From contig CAXXHO010000007.1 of assembly GCA_963667725.2 (NCBI GenBank), forward strand, positions 1 through 64,000: a DNA stretch of 64,000 nt. Direction: 5' to 3'. Origin of the DNA: Treponemataceae bacterium. GTDB lineage: Bacteria > Spirochaetota > Spirochaetia > Treponematales > Rectinemataceae. Shown in pieces: positions 11,087 through 20,208 of the stretch (position 1 is its first letter; each line of letters starts with the position of its first letter). The notes under the pieces were generated by a model. That model was not told the origin of the DNA. It did no database searches and saw nothing but the letters and a program-made list of their open reading frames with translations. Made by a program: the position numbers and the translations under genes.

Positions 11087-12034
11087 TCACTGATACAAGA
11101 CGGCCTTGATCTTGGGATCGTCGATGTTGGTCTTGTCGTAGTAGTAGAAGCCGGTGTCGACGACTTTCGGGAACTTCTCGCCCTTGAGGGCCTTCACGGC
11201 GCACTCGACGGTCTTGTAGCCGATGCCGACCGGGTTCTGGGTGATGGCGCCGTTCATCTCGCCGGCCTTGATGGCCGCGATTTGCTGGGCGCCGGAGTCG
11301 TAGCCGATCACCACGATCTTGCCGATCTTCTTCATTTCCTTGACGCCGTTCATCACGCCGATGGCGGAGCCTTCGTTGGCGCCGAAGAAACCCTTGAGGT
11401 TCGGGTGGGCCTGGATGATGGCCTTGGCCAGGTCGGTGGACTTCAGGTGGTCGCCACCGCCGTACTGCACGTCGACGACCTTGATCTTGGGATACTTCGC
11501 CTTGATCCTGTTGACGAACCCGTCGCGGCGGTCGATGCCGGTGCGGCTGGTCTGGTCGTGGACGATGACGGCGACTTCGCCTTCGTTGTTGATGAGCTTG
11601 GCCATCATGTCGGCGGCGTAGGCGGCCGCGGCGACGTTGTCGGTCGCGCAGGTGGTCAGGGGGATGTCGCTGTCGACGCCGGAGTCGAAGGCGATGACGG
11701 GGATGTTGGCGGCCTTGGCCTTCTGGAGCAGGGGCAGGGCGGCCTTGCTGTCGAGGGCGGCGAACCCGAGGGCGGCCGGCTTTTTGGCCAGCGCGGCGGA
11801 CAGCATGTCGATCTGCTTGTCGACCATGGTTTCGGACTCGGGGCCTTCGAAGGTGATCGTGACCTTGTAGTCCTTGGCCGCCTGCTCGGCGCCCTGCTTG
11901 ACGGCCTGCCAGAACTGGTGCTGGAAGCCTTTGGAGATCAGGGGAATGTACAGCTGCTGCTGGGCGAACACCCCGGACACCGTGACCAAAAGCATTGCTA
12001 CGATAAGGCTCGCGACGAGCTTCTTATTCTTCAT
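11087..12034 (-). CDS. Sugar ABC substrate-binding protein (RbsB-like)
   Basis: Signal peptide; KGFQHQFWQ, TDNVAA, ITQNP. Confidence 0.9.
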   Translation of the reverse strand: MKNKKLVASLIVAMLLVTVSGVFAQQQLYIPLISKGFQHQFWQAVKQGAEQAAKDYKVTITFEGPESETMVDKQIDMLSAALAKKPAALGFAALDSKAALPLLQKAKAANIPVIAFDSGVDSDIPLTTCATDNVAAAAYAADMMAKLINNEGEVAVIVHDQTSRTGIDRRDGFVNRIKAKYPKIKVVDVQYGGGDHLKSTDLAKAIIQAHPNLKGFFGANEGSAIGVMNGVKEMKKIGKIVVIGYDSGAQQIAAIKAGEMNGAITQNPVGIGYKTVECAVKALKGEKFPKVVDTGFYYYDKTNIDDPKIKAVLYQ

Positions 12035-12100
12035 AGCAACCTCCTCTTTGAACTCTCCGGTTCCCCGATGGGACCGGTACGGAACAGGATCGATGCCGCC

Positions 12101-13102
12101 TCACTTCCTGCGGCGCAGGATGTCGAGGTAGACGGCGAAGATGATGATGGCGCCCGTCGTCACGATCTGCCACTCCTGGGGCACCGACAGGATGCGCAGG
12201 CCGTTCGTCAGCGTGCTGATGATGAAGGCGCCGATGATGGTGCCGAGGATCGTGCCCTCGCCGCCCGACATCGAGGTGCCGCCGATGACCACCGCCGCGA
12301 TGGCGTCCAGCTCGTAGCCCTGGCCCAGGGCCGGCTGCGCCGAGCTGAGCCGCGATCCGATCAGGATGCCCGCGATGCCGACGATGGCGCCGCAGAAGGC
12401 GTACACGGCGATCTTCCACTTGTCGGTGTTGATGCCCGACAGGCGCACGGCCTCCTCGTTGGAGCCGATGGCGAAGGTGTAGCGGCCGAAGGTCGTCTTG
12501 GTCAGGATGATCGCCGCCACGATGGCCACGGCGAAGAAGATCAGCACGGCGTTCGGTATCTGGAAATCCTCGGTGAAGGTGAAGAGCGAGCCCATGGATA
12601 TCTGGTTGTAGGCCGGATAATCCGAGAAGTAGATCGGCTTTGAGTGGGCGATGATCAGCGAGAGCCCCTTGGTGAACAGGTTCATGCCGAGGGTGGCGAT
12701 GAAGGGCGGCAGCTTGAGCTTGGCCACCATCACGCCCGAGAGCCCGCCGCAGATCACACCGGTCAGGATGGCGACGGCCAGGCCGACCCAGATGGGCAGG
12801 TGCCAGTTGACGACGGCCTGGGCCGACATCACCGCGGTCAGGGTCATCATCGTGCCGATCGACAGGTCGATGCCGCCGGTGATGATGATGAAGTTGACGC
12901 CCACGGCCAGCACGCCGTTCACCGCCGTCGCCAGCATGATCGCGATCAGGTTGGCCGGCTGGAAGAAGTTGGGCGACGCCAGCGAGAAGCCGACGATCAG
13001 GATGACTAGGCTGGAGAAGGCCAGGATCTTCTGCTTCGCCTGCGACGAGGTGAAGGCGTCCTTCGGGGCGCCCTCGGTCTTCACGGTAGCTGCTGTTGCC
13101 AT
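12101..13102 (-). CDS. Sugar ABC permease (RbsC-like)
   Basis: GGIDLSIG, YELDAIAAVVIGGTS; multiple TM segments. Confidence 0.9.
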   Translation of the reverse strand: MATAATVKTEGAPKDAFTSSQAKQKILAFSSLVILIVGFSLASPNFFQPANLIAIMLATAVNGVLAVGVNFIIITGGIDLSIGTMMTLTAVMSAQAVVNWHLPIWVGLAVAILTGVICGGLSGVMVAKLKLPPFIATLGMNLFTKGLSLIIAHSKPIYFSDYPAYNQISMGSLFTFTEDFQIPNAVLIFFAVAIVAAIILTKTTFGRYTFAIGSNEEAVRLSGINTDKWKIAVYAFCGAIVGIAGILIGSRLSSAQPALGQGYELDAIAAVVIGGTSMSGGEGTILGTIIGAFIISTLTNGLRILSVPQEWQIVTTGAIIIFAVYLDILRRRK

Positions 13103-13104
13103 AG

Positions 13105-14643
13105 TCATTCCTTCACGGTTTGTTTCGCGGCCGCTTTGACCATGGTCTCGCGCTGCGTGGCGAGCTTCATGATCCTTTCCTGCGTCGCTTCGGAGGCGGA
13201 AAGCTCCCCGGTGATCCTGCCCTCGCACATCACGATGATGCGATGGCTCAGCCTCAGTATCTCTGGCAGCTCCGACGAAATCATGATGATGGTCTTGCCG
13301 GCCTCGGCCAGCTCGTTCAGCAGCGAGTAGATCTCCTGCTTGGCGCCGATGTCGATGCCGCGGGTCGGCTCGTCGAAAAAGAGGATGTCGCAGTTGCGGA
13401 TCAGCCACTTGGCGATGACCACCTTCTGCTGGTTGCCGCCCGACAGGAACTTGAGCTTCTGCTGCAGGCTCGGCGTCTTTATCGACAGCTTCGCGACGTG
13501 GTCCTCGGCCGCCCTCCGGATGTCCCTGCTCTTGACGAAGCCCGCGAAGCCCGTGAAGCGCCCCATCGAGGCCATGGCGGAGTTCGTCTCGACGTCCATG
13601 CCGATGGCGATCCCGAAGCGCTTGCGGTCCTCGGAGAGGTAGCCGATGCCGTGGCGCACGGCGTCGCAGGGGTGGCGGATGCTCACCTTGGCGCCATTGA
13701 CGTAGATCTCGCCCGAGTCGATGGGATCGGCCCCGAAGATCGCCCGGGCCGCCTCGGTCCGCCCCGCGCCCATCAGGCCCGCGAAGCCTAGTATCTCGCC
13801 CTTCTTCGCCGCGAAGCTGATGTCCTTCAGCACCTTTCCGCGGTTCAGTCCCCTTACCTCGAGCATCACGGGGCGGTTCGCGCCCAGGTCCACCTGCGGG
13901 GCGGTCACTTCGATCGACCGGCCGACCATCAGGGAGATGACATGGTCGAGGTTGGTCTCGCCCACCTTGAGCGTGTCGACGTACTGGCCGTCGCGCATCA
14001 CCGTGATGCGGTCCGAGATGCGGAAGAGCTCGTCCATGCGGTGCGAGATGTAGATTATGGCGACGCCCTTGTTTCTCAGGTCGCGGATGATGCCGAAGAG
14101 TTCCTCGATCTCCGCGTCGTTCAGGGGCGAGGTGGGCTCGTCCATGATGAGGACGCGCGCGTCATAGGAGAGGGCTTTCACGATCTCGACCATCTGCTGC
14201 TTGGCGATGGTCAGCTCGCCGATCTTGACGCGCGGGTCTATGTCGATTTTCAGGAGGCCGAAGAGTTCCTGGGCTTTCCGGTTTATCGTCTTTTCGTCCA
14301 GGAAGATGCCCGTTTTGTCCTTGGGCTCCCTGCCGATGAAGATGTTCTGCGCCGCCGTCAGGTGGTTCATCAGGTTGAGTTCCTGGTGGATGATCGAGAT
14401 GCCGAGCTTCTGGGCGGCTTTGGGGTTGGGGATGGCGACCGGCTTCCCGTCGAGGAGTATCTCGCCGGAGTCTTTCTGGTAGACGCCCGAGATCACCTTC
14501 ATGAGGGTGGACTTGCCCGCGCCGTTCTCTCCCACGAGCGTGTGCACTTCGCCCGGATAGAGGTCGAAGCGGATATCCTTGAGCGCGTGGACGCCCGGAA
14601 AGGATTTGTTCAGGTTCTTGACGACGATCAGGGGCTCTGCCAA
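13105..14643 (-). CDS. Sugar ABC ATPase (RbsA-like, two domains)
   Basis: [28 protein letters not shown] start 7 nt after AGGAG. Confidence 0.9.
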   Translation of the reverse strand: MAEPLIVVKNLNKSFPGVHALKDIRFDLYPGEVHTLVGENGAGKSTLMKVISGVYQKDSGEILLDGKPVAIPNPKAAQKLGISIIHQELNLMNHLTAAQNIFIGREPKDKTGIFLDEKTINRKAQELFGLLKIDIDPRVKIGELTIAKQQMVEIVKALSYDARVLIMDEPTSPLNDAEIEELFGIIRDLRNKGVAIIYISHRMDELFRISDRITVMRDGQYVDTLKVGETNLDHVISLMVGRSIEVTAPQVDLGANRPVMLEVRGLNRGKVLKDISFAAKKGEILGFAGLMGAGRTEAARAIFGADPIDSGEIYVNGAKVSIRHPCDAVRHGIGYLSEDRKRFGIAIGMDVETNSAMASMGRFTGFAGFVKSRDIRRAAEDHVAKLSIKTPSLQQKLKFLSGGNQQKVVIAKWLIRNCDILFFDEPTRGIDIGAKQEIYSLLNELAEAGKTIIMISSELPEILRLSHRIIVMCEGRITGELSASEATQERIMKLATQRETMVKAAAKQTVKE

Positions 14644-14704
14644 GGACACGCTCCTTTCGAGAGGGTTGCTTGCCGAATGTACACGATTACCAAAATGTTT
14701 TTCA

Positions 14705-14726
14705 TGAATGTATACGTTTACATTCA
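14705..14726. promoter_or_regulatory. LacI-type operator (weaker second copy near 14675-14690)
   Basis: TGAATGTA-TACGTT-TACATTCA palindrome with central CG upstream of the sugar operon. Confidence 0.7.
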
Positions 14727-14782
14727 GCGATTGTATTGTTGAACGGGTTTCCGAATCTGTCAATGAGAAAAGCGCGCAAAAT

Positions 14783-14811
14783 AAAAAAGGCGGAAGCTGC
14801 GCGCTTCCGCC
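14783..14811 (-). terminator. Intrinsic terminator
   Basis: GGCGGAAGC/GCTTCCGCC stem with T6 tail on minus strand. Confidence 0.7.
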
Positions 14812-14884
14812 TGCGGGGGTATGGTGGTTTGTCCGCGGTGCGCGGCTCGCCGCCGCGAGGCGGCGAGCCGCAAGTTGCCGCGCC

Positions 14885-15874
14885 CTAGCGCAGCTCCTCC
14901 CAGGCGCCGGAGCGCTCCGAGCGGAAGAGGGCGTCCAGGGCCTTCATGTTCGCGATGGCGTCCTCGGGCGGGGTCGGCTCGGGCGCGCCCTCGAGGATGC
15001 TCTTCGAGTAGGCGTCGAACATGGCGCGGTACTGTCCTGCCGGGCCGCAGGCGACGGTCCTCGTGCCGAGGCTGGTCGTCACTTCCAGCTCGGCGGGGAC
15101 GTCGGGGTACATGTTGTAGGGGATCTTCAGCTCGAGGCGGCCCGAGGTGCCGAGCACCTGCACGCGCTGGAACGGGAAGGCCTGGGTCGATACGGTGAAG
15201 CCGGCGTGGGCCTCGCCGAAGTCGAGAATGCCTGAGCTCAGCGTGTCGGTGCCGAGCTGGGGGTCGCGGTTCACCAGGGCGAGGGCGCGGCGCGGCTCCC
15301 CCCCGAGGATGAAGCGCGCGCAGGACGCCGCGTAGCAGCCGATGTCCATGAGTCCGCCGCCGCCCGCTTCCTTTATGTTGCGGATGTTCTTCGGATCTTT
15401 GTTGTTGTAGGTTAATGCGGCTTGAACCATGACCACCTTGCCCAGCTCGCCCGTCCGGACGATCTGCCGCGCCCGCTGCCACTGTGGGTGGAAGCGGTAC
15501 ATGAAGGCTTCCATCACCCGGACGCCCTTCGCCCGCGCGGTGGCGATCGCCTCTTCGGTTTCGGCGGCGTTCAGGGCGAAGGGTTTTTCGCAGAGGATGT
15601 GCTTGCCGGCCGCGGCGGCGGCCTTCACCCAGGGCGCGTGGAGGTGGTTGGGCAGGGGGATGTAGACCGCGTCGATCTCGGGGTCGGCCAGCAGGGCTTC
15701 GTAGGAGGAATAGGCGCGCGGGATTTCAAGCCGCGCGGCTTCGGCGGCGGCCTTGTCGCCGTCGCGCGAGGCTATGCCCGCGATCCTGGAGAGCGGGGCC
15801 TCCTTAAGCTCATTCCACACTCTGAGCCTGAAATGATTGGATACCGAGAGAACGCCCCATCTGACATAGTCCAT
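14885..15874 (-). CDS. Gfo/Idh/MocA oxidoreductase
   Basis: [36 protein letters not shown]. Confidence 0.9.
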   Translation of the reverse strand: MDYVRWGVLSVSNHFRLRVWNELKEAPLSRIAGIASRDGDKAAAEAARLEIPRAYSSYEALLADPEIDAVYIPLPNHLHAPWVKAAAAAGKHILCEKPFALNAAETEEAIATARAKGVRVMEAFMYRFHPQWQRARQIVRTGELGKVVMVQAALTYNNKDPKNIRNIKEAGGGGLMDIGCYAASCARFILGGEPRRALALVNRDPQLGTDTLSSGILDFGEAHAGFTVSTQAFPFQRVQVLGTSGRLELKIPYNMYPDVPAELEVTTSLGTRTVACGPAGQYRAMFDAYSKSILEGAPEPTPPEDAIANMKALDALFRSERSGAWEELR

Positions 15875-15953
15875 GGAAACCTCCTTGAGCCGAACAGGGG
15901 GTAATTCTACCACGCTCTTTTACCCCGGGCAAAGGCCGGGATATACTGCGCCA

Positions 15954-16745
15954 ATGGGCATCCTCGTCTTCCGCATCGCGCTCTCCTTCGTCATCGCCGG
16001 CGTCTGGATCGCCGCGGCCACCCTCGTCGGCGAGCGGCTAGGCAGCCGCAAGGCTGGCCTCATTGGCAACCTGCCGTCGAACATCCTCATCTCCCTGCTC
16101 TTCATGGCGCTGACCAAGGGGCCGGACTACGCGGCGGCGGCCACGGCCGGCGTCCCCATGGGCATGGCCATCGACTCGATCTTCCTGGCGGTCCTCATCT
16201 TCGCCCTCGGCAAGGGGCTGGCCGCCGCCCTCGGGCTGGCCCTGGCCGCCTGGGCGATCGTCGCCACCCTCGCCGTGGCCGTCCTGCCCCCGCTGGGCTA
16301 CGCCGCCTCCCTCGCGGTCTTCGCCGCGGCGGCCCTCTCCCTCTTCTTCCTGGCCGACGCCAGGCTGGGCAGGGAAAAGGCCGAGAAAAAGCCCGTGCCC
16401 TTCTCCTGGAAAGTCATGGTCCTGCGCGCCTTCTTCGCCGGCACCATCGTCGCCGGCGCGGTCGCGATCGCCCAGGTGGCGCCCCCCTACATGACAGGCG
16501 TCTTGGCCACCTTCCCGGCGGTTCTCACCACGACTATGGTGATCCTCGTCCAAAGCCAGGGCATCGCCTTCGCCCGCGCCACGGGCAAGATCCTCATCCT
16601 CTCCAACGTCAACATCATCGTCTACACGACCTGCGTCGGCCTGCTCTACCCGACGGTCGGCCCCTGGCTCGGAACCGTCTTGGCTTTCGCCGCTTCTGTC
16701 GTCTCTATCTATCTCGTGGGACGCCTGACCCAGCGCCTGGCCTGA
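15954..16745 (+). CDS. Multi-pass membrane protein of unknown function
   Basis: About 8 hydrophobic segments in two similar halves. Confidence 0.7.
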   Translation: MGILVFRIALSFVIAGVWIAAATLVGERLGSRKAGLIGNLPSNILISLLFMALTKGPDYAAAATAGVPMGMAIDSIFLAVLIFALGKGLAAALGLALAAWAIVATLAVAVLPPLGYAASLAVFAAAALSLFFLADARLGREKAEKKPVPFSWKVMVLRAFFAGTIVAGAVAIAQVAPPYMTGVLATFPAVLTTTMVILVQSQGIAFARATGKILILSNVNIIVYTTCVGLLYPTVGPWLGTVLAFAASVVSIYLVGRLTQRLA

Positions 16746-16819
16746 GCGCCTGACGGCGCGCCGCCCTCCGTTCGATTTGCGAACGGCTTGCAAATGCCGG
16801 CACGCGCTAGTATACTTAT

Positions 16820-16840
16820 TTTTGCGAATCATTCGCAAAA
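16820..16840. promoter_or_regulatory. Candidate Zur/Fur-family box (imperfect second copy 16776-16794)
   Basis: Perfect TTTTGCGAAT-C-ATTCGCAAAA upstream of metal ABC operon. Confidence 0.65.
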
Positions 16841-16856
16841 GGAAAGTCCCGAAACT

Positions 16857-17876
16857 ATGCAAAAAGCAGATGTGCGGCGATGCGCCGACAGCGCGAGCCT
16901 CGGAGCCCCGACCAGCGGGGCGCGATTCCCTCTCGTGGCCATTTTCGCCCTCGCGGCGCTTGCGGGCGCCTGGGCGGGGGCGGGCGGCCCCGGCGCCACT
17001 CCCGCCTCGGCGCCGACGGTGGTCGTCAGCATTCTCCCGCAGTCCGAATTCGTCGCGCGCATAGCGGGCGGCAAGGTGAAAATACTCACGCTCGTCGGTC
17101 CGGGCGCCTCGCCCCACAGCTACGAGCCCACGCCCCGCCAGATGGCCGACTTGAGCGGCGCCTCGCTCTGGCTCACCGTCGGCGGCGTCGAATTCGAGAA
17201 GGCCTTCCTGCCCAAGGTGAAGGCCCTCTACCCGCGCCTCAGGATCGTCGATACGGCGGCGGGCGTGAAGTTTCGCACGCTCGAATCCCACAGCCACGCG
17301 GGCGAGGCGGCCGCCCCGGCCGCGGCTCCCTCGTCGGCCGCGGCCAAAGCGGCTCCGGCGGCGAGCGCGCCCGCGGTCGATCCGGAAGGCGGCATCGATC
17401 CCCATGTCTGGCTCGGCCGCGACGCGGTGAAGGTGCAGCTCGCGGCAGCGACCGAAGCGCTCTGCGCCCTCCTGCCCGCGGAGGCCGCCCAGTTCAGGAA
17501 AAACCGCAACGCCTATGTCGCGGAGATAGACGCGGCCTTCACCTCGCTCGCGAAAGAGCTGGCGCCCCTCAAGGGCAAGAAGGTGTTCGTCTATCATCCG
17601 TCCTTCGGGTATTTCTTCGACAGCTTCGGAATTTTGCAGGAGGCGGTCGAGCTCGGCGGCAAGGAGCCGACGCAGAAGTCCCTCGCCGCGCTGATCGCCG
17701 AGGCCAAGGCCGACGGAGCCAAGGTGGTCTTCGTGCAGAAGCAGTTCTCGACTAACGCGGCCAGGACAGTAGCCGCCGCGATCGGCGGCGTGGTGGTGGA
17801 AGTCGATCCGCTGGCGCCCGACTGGCTCGCCAACATCAAGGCGATGGGCGACGCGCTGACGCGGGCTATCAGGTAG
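16857..17876 (+). CDS. znuA: Zn/Mn ABC substrate-binding protein
   Basis: SPHSYEPTP, DPHVWL, YHPSFGYF. Confidence 0.85.
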   Translation: MQKADVRRCADSASLGAPTSGARFPLVAIFALAALAGAWAGAGGPGATPASAPTVVVSILPQSEFVARIAGGKVKILTLVGPGASPHSYEPTPRQMADLSGASLWLTVGGVEFEKAFLPKVKALYPRLRIVDTAAGVKFRTLESHSHAGEAAAPAAAPSSAAAKAAPAASAPAVDPEGGIDPHVWLGRDAVKVQLAAATEALCALLPAEAAQFRKNRNAYVAEIDAAFTSLAKELAPLKGKKVFVYHPSFGYFFDSFGILQEAVELGGKEPTQKSLAALIAEAKADGAKVVFVQKQFSTNAARTVAAAIGGVVVEVDPLAPDWLANIKAMGDALTRAIR

Positions 17877-17905
17877 GCGCGTCTATTTATGGAAGGAGAT
17901 CGAAG

Positions 17906-18859
17906 GTGAACCAGGAAAACAGCGACACGCACCGCGCCGTTCGCGACACGCATCGCCTCCCTCGCGACGCTCATCGCGTCCCTCGCGACGCTCATCGCGT
18001 CGCGGTGCGCTTTTCGGGCGTCGACTTCGCGCATCGCGAGGCGGAGGTGCTCAAGAACGCCTCCTTCCACGTCCACGAAGGCGAGTTCGTCGCCCTGATC
18101 GGCCCCAACGGCTCGGGGAAGACGACGATCCTCCGCCTGATCCTCGGGCTGGCCCGCCCGAGCGCGGGAAAGATCGAGGTCTTCGGCGCTCCGCCCGAGC
18201 TGGCCCGCGGCGCCGTGGGCTATGTCCCGCAATCGATGAGCTTCGACCGCGCCTTCCCCATCTCGGTGGAGGAGGTCGTGCGCATGGGGCGCCTGAGCGG
18301 GACTGGGCGCGGCTGCCTGAAGGGCGGCTGCTCCGACGTCGACGACGCCCTGGCGATGGCAGACGTCGCCGATCTCCGCGACAGGCCCTACGCCGCCCTC
18401 TCGGGCGGTCAGCGCCGCCGCGTCCTCGTGGCGCGCGCCCTAGCCTCCAAGCCCCGCCTCCTCGTCCTGGACGAGCCCACGGCGAACATGGACGCGGAGA
18501 GCGAGCGCCGTCTCTACGCCGTTCTCGGCTCCCTCAAAGGCTCAGCCACGGTCATCATCGCCACCCACGACACCGATTTCGTCTCCGCGCTCACCGACGT
18601 CGTGCTCTGCGTCAACGGCCAGGGCGGCGAGGAAGCTCCCGGCGGCGTCACGCGCCACGCCTCGGGCCCGGTGGAACACGTGTCCTCCGGCCACTACGGC
18701 GGCGCCGTCCTCCAGGTCCTCCACGACACCGACCTGCCCGACGACGCGCGCTGCGCGAGCTGCGCCGACAACCCCGCCGAAACGCCCGCGGCCGCCGGGC
18801 CCGCGCCCGACGCGCCCGACGACGCCGGAGCCGCGGCTTCCAAAGGAGGCGAACGATGA
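17906..18859 (+). CDS. znuC: Zn/Mn ABC ATPase
   Basis: GPNGSGKT, GYVPQ, LSGGQRRR, LDEPT. Confidence 0.85.
   Translation: MNQENSDTHRAVRDTHRLPRDAHRVPRDAHRVAVRFSGVDFAHREAEVLKNASFHVHEGEFVALIGPNGSGKTTILRLILGLARPSAGKIEVFGAPPELARGAVGYVPQSMSFDRAFPISVEEVVRMGRLSGTGRGCLKGGCSDVDDALAMADVADLRDRPYAALSGGQRRRVLVARALASKPRLLVLDEPTANMDAESERRLYAVLGSLKGSATVIIATHDTDFVSALTDVVLCVNGQGGEEAPGGVTRHASGPVEHVSSGHYGGAVLQVLHDTDLPDDARCASCADNPAETPAAAGPAPDAPDDAGAAASKGGER
17921..18004 (+). repeat. 4 x 21-bp in-frame tandem repeat
   Basis: Units like CGCGACGCTCATCGCGTCCCT encoding (S/R)D(T/A)HRxx. Confidence 0.85.
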
Positions 18860-19695
18860 GTTTTTTCTCCGCCCTCTTCGACCCCGCCATGCCCTTCGTC
18901 CGCAACGCCCTGGTCGCCGGCGTCCTCTCGAGCATCCTCTTCGGCGTCCTGGGCTCTGTCGTCACCGTAAAGCGCATCGCCGGCCTGGCTGGAGCGATAT
19001 CCCACGCGGTGCTCGGCGGCATAGGCCTCGCGCTCTACCTGTCGGCCAACAAGATCGTGCCCGGCCTGCCGCCCATCGCGGGCGCCCTCGTCTTCGCCCT
19101 GATCGCGGCGGCTCTCATCGGCCTCGTCTCCCTCAAGGCCAAGCAGCGCGAGGACACCGTCATCAACGCGCTCTGGGCCATCGGCATGAGCATCGGCATC
19201 GTCTTCATCGCCAAGACCCCCGGCTACGCCGACCCCATGAGCTACCTCTTCGGCAACATCCTCCTGGTCTCGACCCGCGACCTCGTCATGCTGGGCGTCC
19301 TCGATATCGCCGTCATCCTCCTCGCCTGGCGCTATTACCCCCAGATCGAGGCCAGCGCCTTCGACGAGGAGTTCGCGCGCACGCGGGGCGTCTCCACCGA
19401 CGCCGTCTTCCTCGTCATCCTGGGCGTCACCGCCATCGCGGTAGTCCTCCTCCAGACCTACGTCGGCATCGTCATGGTCATCGCCATGCTCACCTTGCCC
19501 GCCGGAACTTCGGGCTATTTCGCCCGCAACCTCGCCGGCATGATGACCCTCGGCACGCTCTTCTCGGTCGCCTTCTCCGTGGCAGGCCTCGCGGTCAGCT
19601 GGGGGCTGGACCTCCCCTCGGGGGCCATCGTCGTCCTGGTGGCGGGAGCCACCTTCCTGATCGTCTCGGCGCTCCGCGCCGGGCGAAAGGCTTGA
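18856..19695 (+). CDS. znuB: Zn/Mn ABC permease
   Basis: AISHAVLGG, SYLFGNIL, FDEEFA. Confidence 0.85.
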   Translation: MSFFSALFDPAMPFVRNALVAGVLSSILFGVLGSVVTVKRIAGLAGAISHAVLGGIGLALYLSANKIVPGLPPIAGALVFALIAAALIGLVSLKAKQREDTVINALWAIGMSIGIVFIAKTPGYADPMSYLFGNILLVSTRDLVMLGVLDIAVILLAWRYYPQIEASAFDEEFARTRGVSTDAVFLVILGVTAIAVVLLQTYVGIVMVIAMLTLPAGTSGYFARNLAGMMTLGTLFSVAFSVAGLAVSWGLDLPSGAIVVLVAGATFLIVSALRAGRKA

Positions 19696-20135
19696 GGGAG
19701 CGGCGCATGACCAAGGCGAGGCAGGCCGTCCAGGATATCCTCGACGCGGCGGGAACGCCGCTCTGCGCCCTCGACGTCGAGGAGCGCGCCGGCAGCCTCT
19801 GCGACCCGGCCACGATCTATCGCTCGCTGCATTACCTCGAGGAGCGGGGACTGGCGGAATCCTTCGTGCTCCACTGCGAGGCCCACGGCACAGAGCGCTA
19901 CTACGTCTCAGGAAAAGCTCAGCATAGGCACTGGTTCCACTGCGAGCGCTGCCATCGCTTCGTGGATCTGGGCGCCTGCCGCGTGGAGCCGATCCTCCGC
20001 GACATGGAGGAGGATACGGGCGTGGCCATCCGCAGCCACACCCTCTACGCGAGCGGCTACTGCTCCGCTTGCCGCGCCCTCGGCTCAGAAGGCGGTGGTG
20101 CCGCCGGCTGCGACTCCGCGGCGCGCTGCCCCTGA
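19692..20135 (+). CDS. Fur-family regulator (Zur-like)
   Basis: ATIYRSL, HRHWFHCERC, C-terminal CSAC; last gene of metal ABC operon. Confidence 0.85.
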   Translation: MRERRMTKARQAVQDILDAAGTPLCALDVEERAGSLCDPATIYRSLHYLEERGLAESFVLHCEAHGTERYYVSGKAQHRHWFHCERCHRFVDLGACRVEPILRDMEEDTGVAIRSHTLYASGYCSACRALGSEGGGAAGCDSAARCP

Positions 20136-20208
20136 AAAGCGACGAGGGGGCGGCCATGGCCGCCCCCTCGTCCGCATCCGCCCGCGCGGCTGCCGCCGCC
20201 CCTAGCGT

